64,000 nt of DNA, from the IMG/VR virus record IMGVR_UViG_3300028800_000076, positions 1 through 64,000 of that record, one strand, 5' to 3'. This document shows positions 57,600 to 64,000 of the stretch, piece by piece. The notes below the pieces were generated by a model, which searched no databases, was not told the DNA's origin, and saw only the letters and a list, made by a program, of their open reading frames with translations. Origin of the DNA: a virus. A program made the position numbers and the translations under genes. The stretch's first letter is position 1, and the number at the start of each line of letters is the position of its first letter.

Positions 57600-59792
57600 A
57601 TGCCTTACAAGTCCCGCGCCCAAGCTGGATACTTCCACACGCACAAGGCTCAACTGGAAGCCCAGGGAGTTGATGTTGCGGAATGGGATAAGTCCTCGAA
57701 GGGCAAAAGCCTTCCGTACAAGGTCAAGAAGACCGCGATGAAGACTGCGCGCCGCTATGGCGGCCGTGCAGAGGGTGGTCCTGTTTTCGATGAGCGTCCC
57801 GATGAGGTTCTCGGCCGCGCCGGTAAGGCTGCTATCGACTACGTGAAGGATGCAGTCGATCCATGGAAAAAGGATGAGAGCGGAAAATATTACGCCGACC
57901 AGCCCCTCGCATCGCCATACGGCAAGACGCCTGAAATCCGCAAGGGCGCGGCAGACTATGCCCAGACGGCCATTGATGTGGGTTCCAACTTTATCCCGAT
58001 GGGTGGCGGCCCGGCCAAGTCGATCTTCCTGGGCCCGCTGGCCACCAAGGCCCTACGCGCCACGATGCAGATGCATCCTGCCGTAGGCTCTGCGCTGACT
58101 GCTGCTGAGCAGGCTATTCTTAGGCGCGCGGCAGAGAACGGCCCAGAGGCGGTGACTGCGGCCCGGCGCGGTATCCAGAATAACCGCGATGCCATCGCAG
58201 CCATCGACCTGAAGAACAATCCTGCGGCCGATCCAGAGCGTGATCGCCTGCGCTTTGCACTGACTGGAACGGCCCGCAATGCTGCTGAGCAGCCTGTTAA
58301 AGAAGCTTCCGACCTTGGAGTTGGTCTTAAGCCAATCGGCGCTGATAGTGAGTCATGGCGCTTCAAGATCATGCATCCGGAAGGTGATTTGCATGAAGCG
58401 CTTGGAATTCCGGCGGTTAAATTCGATTCAAAGATGAATCCTGGCGAAGCGGCTACCAACCGCAAGACTAATGAAATAACTCTAGGCGGAATGCCTTGGG
58501 TTAAAAGCCACATGCAGAAAGCTCTCGGGGCCCTGGTCCATGAGCTAGATCATGTGGCTGGTCTCAAGGACAATATGCCGATTGGTTCCTCTCCAGCCAT
58601 AGAACCAATTTTCCCACAAATGTATCATCAGGGCCTTGGCAAGGAAGCGCCATCGGATTCTGAGCAAGTTATGAAAGCTTTTGCTGCGCAGAATTTTGGT
58701 ATGAGAGCACTTCCGGATTCTGAAAGAACTGCGGCATTTGATACTTATAGACGCTCGGCTGGTGAGGTTAGCGCTGAGAATGCCAGAGGCAGGCGCGCAA
58801 AGGGCTATAAGTATCTCAGCTATCCCGAAGACACAGAGCATACTGGACGTGGACAGCAAATCATTCGGTTTGATCGAGACTTCGACAAGCGCGCCGAAGA
58901 GGTCAATAAGGCAGACGGTGGTGCTCTGTCCGACATGGGACAGGCCGCAAGCTCTTACTTCGATCCAGACAAGCTGACGCAAGAGCAGAAGTATCAGCTT
59001 GGCGTAGCGCTGCTCAAGAAGCAGCTTTTGGCCAAGCCGCCGACTGATGATGTGGCGAATGATCCTTTCTCAAAGCTGATGTCTCCATTTGATGACGGCC
59101 CAACCGTGCAGCAGCAGGAACGTGACTATCAGAGACTTGATGCGCCCAATGCCAATCGGCTGCATGACCTGGAAGGCACGATGGAGGACAATCTTCAAAA
59201 GCCGTGGGGAGATGGCCGTGCCATGAAAAATACGTTTCCGATTGCGATGGCTGGCGGCGGCAATCCGTATGCACCAAAGCAGCAGAAGGCCAGCGACATA
59301 TCCGGCTATATGTCGCGTAAAATGATCCACAAAGCGGTCAGCCCAGGCATGCTCAAGAGCCAAGTGCCGGGCCGGACTGATAAGCTGCCGATCAGTGTTC
59401 CGGCAGGCTCATACGTCGTGCCCGCCGATATCGTCTCGGGCCTGGGGCAGGGCAACTCAGATGCGGGCAACGCTATTCTGAGCAAGATGTTCAAGAGTGG
59501 CCCGCTGGGCATGAAGGCGGCGGTGGGACCCCACACCGGGCAGGCGAGCAAGCTCAAGACTGGCTTTCTCTCGAAGGGCTCAAAGAGTTCAGCCCTTGCG
59601 GCTGGAGGCGCAACCGATCAGGTTCCGGTCATTGCGGCTGGCGGAGAATACATTCTCCATCCAGAACAGGTGATGGAGGTTGGTGGTGGTGACATTGATC
59701 GAGGCCACGAGGTTCTGGATCACTTCGTCAAGCACACACGCAAGCATCTCATCAAGACCCTGAGGAAGCTCCCAGGGCCTGCAAGGGACTAG
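57600..59792 (+). CDS. multidomain (polyvalent) internal virion protein
   Basis: MPYKS.AQ N-domain; HELDH...Y.RSAGEV.A zincin/LPD23-like module; GRTD.LP..V..GSYV.PAD.VS C-domain. Confidence 0.7.
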   Translation: MPYKSRAQAGYFHTHKAQLEAQGVDVAEWDKSSKGKSLPYKVKKTAMKTARRYGGRAEGGPVFDERPDEVLGRAGKAAIDYVKDAVDPWKKDESGKYYADQPLASPYGKTPEIRKGAADYAQTAIDVGSNFIPMGGGPAKSIFLGPLATKALRATMQMHPAVGSALTAAEQAILRRAAENGPEAVTAARRGIQNNRDAIAAIDLKNNPAADPERDRLRFALTGTARNAAEQPVKEASDLGVGLKPIGADSESWRFKIMHPEGDLHEALGIPAVKFDSKMNPGEAATNRKTNEITLGGMPWVKSHMQKALGALVHELDHVAGLKDNMPIGSSPAIEPIFPQMYHQGLGKEAPSDSEQVMKAFAAQNFGMRALPDSERTAAFDTYRRSAGEVSAENARGRRAKGYKYLSYPEDTEHTGRGQQIIRFDRDFDKRAEEVNKADGGALSDMGQAASSYFDPDKLTQEQKYQLGVALLKKQLLAKPPTDDVANDPFSKLMSPFDDGPTVQQQERDYQRLDAPNANRLHDLEGTMEDNLQKPWGDGRAMKNTFPIAMAGGGNPYAPKQQKASDISGYMSRKMIHKAVSPGMLKSQVPGRTDKLPISVPAGSYVVPADIVSGLGQGNSDAGNAILSKMFKSGPLGMKAAVGPHTGQASKLKTGFLSKGSKSSALAAGGATDQVPVIAAGGEYILHPEQVMEVGGGDIDRGHEVLDHFVKHTRKHLIKTLRKLPGPARD

Positions 59793-59796
59793 TAGT

Positions 59797-60288
59797 ATGC
59801 TGGCAGTTTCCCCGTCACTCGTGCGTGCCGCCACGCCTTCTGACCACCAAGAGGTGTGGCGCATGTTTCTCATGGCCCACCATGAGAATGGCATCTTCAA
59901 GCTTGCGCCAAATAAGGTTGAATTCTTCGTCCAGCGGGCCCTGCACCCAGAATTGATTCATCCCGCTGATACGGGGCCACGCGGCCAGATTGTGGTGATA
60001 GGTCCTGCTGGCAAGCTAGAGGCCATTTGCTTCGTCATTATTGGGAGCTTTTGGTATTCGGAAGACCGGCACATTGAGGAGCTATTGGTCTTTGTTGACC
60101 CCCAATACCGTGCATCCGGTCATGCCAAAGCACTAATCGAATGGATGAAGAAGACTGCCGATGCCTTGGGCATTCAAGTTCTTAGTGGTATTATGAGCAA
60201 TACTCGAACAGAAGCAAAGGTTAGGCTCTACAAGCGCCAGATGCCAATGATCGGCGCTTTCTTCCTTTATCCTAACAGCGGGGGCTAA
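59797..60288 (+). CDS. GNAT acyltransferase-like protein
   Basis: VRAA...D, FV.P.YR.SG.A..L. Confidence 0.75.
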   Translation: MLAVSPSLVRAATPSDHQEVWRMFLMAHHENGIFKLAPNKVEFFVQRALHPELIHPADTGPRGQIVVIGPAGKLEAICFVIIGSFWYSEDRHIEELLVFVDPQYRASGHAKALIEWMKKTADALGIQVLSGIMSNTRTEAKVRLYKRQMPMIGAFFLYPNSGG

Positions 60289-60289
60289 A

Positions 60290-63200
60290 ACGGGCACTAA
60301 AGGCCAGAGCACGTCGAATACCAATTCGACGCAGACCTATACGCCTAACCCGCTGACGGCTGGCGCGGCGACGCAGTCGCTGACGGCTGCGCAGCAGGCC
60401 GCGAGCCAACCATTTAATCTTCCAGCCCAGCCGGTTGCGAACCTAACCCCCGATCAGTTGGCTGCCTTCCAGAATGTCCGCAACACGCAGGGTGTGGGTA
60501 ATCCATATTTCTCACAGGCCCAGAATCAGTTCCAGACCAGCGCGTCCCCTGTCACAGCGCAGGACGTAAGTCAGTTCTACAATCCGATGGCTGGCAATGT
60601 TGCGGCCCAGCTTCAAAACATCTTTGGCCAACAGCAGCGCAACACCACGAGCCAGCTTACGCAGGCGGCCGGTGGCGTGGGTGCCTCACGCATTGGTGTC
60701 GGGCAGGCCAACCTTGCCAACCAGCAGGGGCTCGCGGCGGGTCAGACCTTCTCGAATCTCTACCAGAATGCGCTTCAGAGCGCGCTCCAGACCAAGGGTC
60801 TTCAGCAGAACGCTGGCTATGGCCTGGAGGGACTGGGCACCACCGTCCAGAATGCCGATCTTCAGGGCGCGAATGCGCTGCTGGGCACAGGCGGCCTCCA
60901 GCAGCAGCAACAGCAAGCACAGCTTAACTCGCCCTATAACCTTCAACTTCAGCAGTTCGCCTATCCATTCCAGACCGCCCAGTATCTGGCAGGCGTCACC
61001 GGCTCGCTGTCGCCCGCGCTGGGCGGCACGCAGTCGGGTCAGTCTCAGACTCAGACCACCCCGGCTCAGCCCAGCTTGTTCAGCCAGATCGCAGGTGCGG
61101 GCCTTGCGGGCATTGGTCTTGCGGGAGGCTTTGGCGGTCTGGGTGGCAAGGGCTCTTCTCCGGCCTATGGAGGCGGCAATGCCCTCAGTGGGGACGCCTA
61201 TGGTGGCAACTCAGCCAATCCGCTCCCAGGCCTCTCCGCCTCGGATTATGGAGCGGGTTTTGCGGGCGGCGGCGCTGTCGATCCGATGGACGCTGGCCAC
61301 GGCTTTGATGACGGCGGCCCGGTGGTCCCGGACATTACCGAGTATGCGAACTCCATTGTTCCCAAGGTGCAACTGCACCCGGGGGCCTATCCGCGTCCCA
61401 TGAGCATGCCGTCAGGCCCTGGACCGCAGGCAGGCGCAGGGGCCTCGGGTGCCAGCGGCCTTTCTGGTGTGCTGGGTCAGGCAGGCCAGCTTATGAATCT
61501 GGGCAAGTCGGCAGGGTCCCTCTTTGGGGGCGGTAGCGGAGCTAGTCCATTCGCCAGTCTGTTTGGCGGCTCGGGCGCAGGCGCTGCTGGAGCAGCCGGT
61601 GGAGATGCCGCTGCGGCCGGGGCAGGTGGTGGCGAGGCGGGCATGAGCATGGCCGAGATGCTGCCCTTCCTGCTGGCCGCACGCGGCGGAGCCATCCACA
61701 AAGATGATGGTGGTGGCCTCTCCCAGGAAGATTTCGACGCAAGGTTTCCTCAGGCTGGAGATATCAATTCCGGCGCTGATGTGATGAGCAATCCACTGGC
61801 GGCAGCGGCCAAGCTTCGGGCTTCAGCCATGGGGGCTGCGCCTGTCCCGCTCCCCCGGCCACGACCCACCAACCCCTTTGCCACAATCCCGGGCGGGAAC
61901 GTGCCCCTGGGCAATTCTGGTGCGGTGCCCCCCGGCGCACTAGGGATGGATGATGCGCCTCCGGACGATGGCAGCGATGCCCAAGCGCAGGGCTCGGGCA
62001 ATGATCTCCCGTTGCGTCAGTCCGACCTGACCGCTCCACAATCCCAACTGCCCTTCCCGAACGCCACACAGGGCAATGCAGGCCAGGACTTTGCCAAGAG
62101 TCCTTGGGCTGCGCTCACATCTGCTGGCCTGGGCATTATGGGTGGCTCCTCGCCCTGGGCTGGGATCAACATCGGCAAGGGAGCCCAGGAGGGCCTCAAG
62201 ACGCTGGAGAACCAGCGCAAGGATACGCGCGAGGAGGTCTCCTCCAACCAGCGGGCCCAGCAACTCTTCCAGCAGGCCCAGCAGGAGCTTCTCAAATATA
62301 ATCGTCCGGACGCCAATACGACTGAGCGCACCCAGCTTGAGCGCGAGAAGATGGCGCAGGAGCAGTGGACTCCGACCGGCACCACCGACAACGAAGGCAA
62401 CCCGGTTCTCTTCAACAAGAAGACCGGCCAGACCAAGGTTATTAAGCCACCGGGTGGCGAAGCTGGATCGAGCCCAGCTTCTCAATCGGCCTATGACTGG
62501 GCCAAGGCCAATCCAGATAATCCGAAAGCGGCAGCACTTTTGGGTGACGCTGAGCGATATCTTAAGACCGGCACAATGCCCACCAATCTGGGCTCCAGAC
62601 AACAGGCTGGCCAAGAGGGCCAGCGCATCCGGCAAACTGCTTATGCGATGGCCAAGGAACGCGGGATCGAAGCGGGCGATCTTCCGAAGAATTGGCAGAC
62701 CTTCAAGAGCGAACAGACGGCCATTACCCGCTTCATGTCGGGGCCACAAGGCAACACGATCCGCTCGCTTAACGTGGTCACCGACCACGCCGACACGCTG
62801 CGCAAACTGGGCGAAGCTCTGAAGAATGGGGATACGAGGGTCTTCAACACCGTGGCCCAGGAATGGGCTCGTCAGACGGGCAAGCCCGCCCCCACCAACT
62901 TCGACATGGCCAAGCAGATTGTGGGCGCGGAGTTGATCAAGGCCCTTGGCGTGGCAGGCGCTGGTACAGCCGAAGAGCGTGCTCAACTAGGCAAGTCGAT
63001 CTCGCTCGCCAGTTCTCCGGCCCAGATTACGGAGGCCATCGACAATGTTATGCGGCCTCTCTTGGGTGGCCAGCTTCGTGGCCTACGTCAGCAATTCACC
63101 ACATCGACTGGTCTGCCTGAAGATCGCTTCAACGGCATGCTCTTCCCGGGCACGAGACAGTTCATAGAGCCGAAAGAAGATAAGAAGACGGAGACCAAGC

Positions 63201-63307
63201 CAGCGGCAACCAATCGCCCAGAGGGTGTTCCTGAAGGGTCGCGCCACGGCAAGAAGGGCGGTGTCTCCGGCTGGATGACCCCAGACGGCAAGTGGGTGCC
63301 AGATTAA
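60290..63307 (+). CDS. DNA ejection/pilot-like internal virion protein (probable ACG start)
   Basis: Frame open from ACG-GGC-ACT-AAA; Q/A/G-rich, FYNP, YP.Q..Q.L. Confidence 0.7.
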   Translation, partial: TGTKGQSTSNTNSTQTYTPNPLTAGAATQSLTAAQQAASQPFNLPAQPVANLTPDQLAAFQNVRNTQGVGNPYFSQAQNQFQTSASPVTAQDVSQFYNPMAGNVAAQLQNIFGQQQRNTTSQLTQAAGGVGASRIGVGQANLANQQGLAAGQTFSNLYQNALQSALQTKGLQQNAGYGLEGLGTTVQNADLQGANALLGTGGLQQQQQQAQLNSPYNLQLQQFAYPFQTAQYLAGVTGSLSPALGGTQSGQSQTQTTPAQPSLFSQIAGAGLAGIGLAGGFGGLGGKGSSPAYGGGNALSGDAYGGNSANPLPGLSASDYGAGFAGGGAVDPMDAGHGFDDGGPVVPDITEYANSIVPKVQLHPGAYPRPMSMPSGPGPQAGAGASGASGLSGVLGQAGQLMNLGKSAGSLFGGGSGASPFASLFGGSGAGAAGAAGGDAAAAGAGGGEAGMSMAEMLPFLLAARGGAIHKDDGGGLSQEDFDARFPQAGDINSGADVMSNPLAAAAKLRASAMGAAPVPLPRPRPTNPFATIPGGNVPLGNSGAVPPGALGMDDAPPDDGSDAQAQGSGNDLPLRQSDLTAPQSQLPFPNATQGNAGQDFAKSPWAALTSAGLGIMGGSSPWAGINIGKGAQEGLKTLENQRKDTREEVSSNQRAQQLFQQAQQELLKYNRPDANTTERTQLEREKMAQEQWTPTGTTDNEGNPVLFNKKTGQTKVIKPPGGEAGSSPASQSAYDWAKANPDNPKAAALLGDAERYLKTGTMPTNLGSRQQAGQEGQRIRQTAYAMAKERGIEAGDLPKNWQTFKSEQTAITRFMSGPQGNTIRSLNVVTDHADTLRKLGEALKNGDTRVFNTVAQEWARQTGKPAPTNFDMAKQIVGAELIKALGVAGAGTAEERAQLGKSISLASSPAQITEAIDNVMRPLLGGQLRGLRQQFTTSTGLPEDRFNGMLFPGTRQFIEPKEDKKTETKPAATNRPEGVPEGSRHGKKGGVSGWMTPDGKWVPD

Positions 63308-64000
63308 TGGCTGATGATTTTGTCCCAGATGCTGACTTTACGCCCGATGATGATTTCAAGCCGGATAAGCCGACTGGCTTGAAGGATACGGCCATTGATG
63401 TTGCGAAGTCATTTCCGACTGGTGTCGTTAAGGGTGTTGCAGGCATTGCTGGGGCTCCCGGCGATCTCCAGAACCTCAAGGGCAGCGATTACAATCCATT
63501 TAACTGGCTGACCAAGAAAGCCGCTGAAGTTCTGCCGACATGGTGGACAGAGCACAGCAAGCAGAATGCTGAGCGCGCTGGCCTTGGCGAGGGTATGAAG
63601 GGAGAAACGGGATTGCCCTCATCGGCCCAGATTGAGCAGGCGGTTAAGCCAGTCACAGGTGAGCTTCATAAGCCGGAAACCACAGCCGGTGAGTACGCCC
63701 AGACAGCCGGTGAATTCGCGCCCAATATGCTGGGTCCAGGCGGACTTTGGCGCAAGGCGTTCATGCAGTGGCTTGGTCCGGCCGCCGCGACTGAAACGGC
63801 AGGACAACTGACCAAGGGAACGGCCGCTGAGCCTTATGCTCGCGGTGCTGCTTCGCTGATCACGCCTTACGCCATGTCGCGGGTACGAACGCCGATCAAT
63901 ACATCTCCCGGCCGCGCCGATATGGTGGATGATCTTGTCCGTGAAGGGGTCACCGGGCTTACAGCAGGGCAGCGCACCGGCAGCAAGAACCTCAGATATT
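63307..64000 (+). CDS. second ejection-like protein, 3'-truncated
   Basis: TAATG-coupled: MADDFVPD...D.AKS...G...G.PGD...P.T.AGEYA.T..EF. Confidence 0.7.
   Translation, partial: MADDFVPDADFTPDDDFKPDKPTGLKDTAIDVAKSFPTGVVKGVAGIAGAPGDLQNLKGSDYNPFNWLTKKAAEVLPTWWTEHSKQNAERAGLGEGMKGETGLPSSAQIEQAVKPVTGELHKPETTAGEYAQTAGEFAPNMLGPGGLWRKAFMQWLGPAAATETAGQLTKGTAAEPYARGAASLITPYAMSRVRTPINTSPGRADMVDDLVREGVTGLTAGQRTGSKNLRY

Noticed and set aside
25-63807. Many long antisense or alternate-frame ORFs in the track (e.g. 7051-7899, 16749-17744, 24297-25142, 41031-41855, 61940-62986)
   Set aside because: They shadow well-supported genes in high-GC DNA and show no motifs.

Overview
This window is a 64-kb piece of a high-GC tailed dsDNA phage genome. 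The gene order is podovirus-like, and an alphaproteobacterial host is a weak inference. The left arm (1-31.1 kb, mostly minus strand) carries a split T7gp4/Twinkle-like primase-helicase, an MT-A70 methyltransferase, four AAA+ ATPases (one ARC/Mpa-like, one MoxR-like with two vWA-like partners), terS and a serine resolvase. It also holds a ~9-kb nonulosonic-acid (pseudaminic-acid-like) biosynthesis cluster. The right arm (31.6-64 kb, plus strand) encodes terL, portal, GroES-like, scaffold, major capsid, Ser/Thr-rich virion proteins, tail adaptor/nozzle, a polyvalent protein, a GNAT and ejection proteins. The main candidate novel system is phage-encoded virion glycosylation: a CMP-nonulosonate pathway, a Maf/sialyltransferase-like gene inside the structural operon, and Ser-rich virion proteins as possible acceptors. 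Other signals read from the sequence are a -1 frameshift site with an H-type pseudoknot (44024-44089), an ACG-initiated ejection protein, a 71-nt tRNA-like element with G3.U70, a recurrent xAxGG peptide motif, two operator families and a structured ~350-nt leader before terL. All family calls come from recognising motifs by eye, not from database searches.
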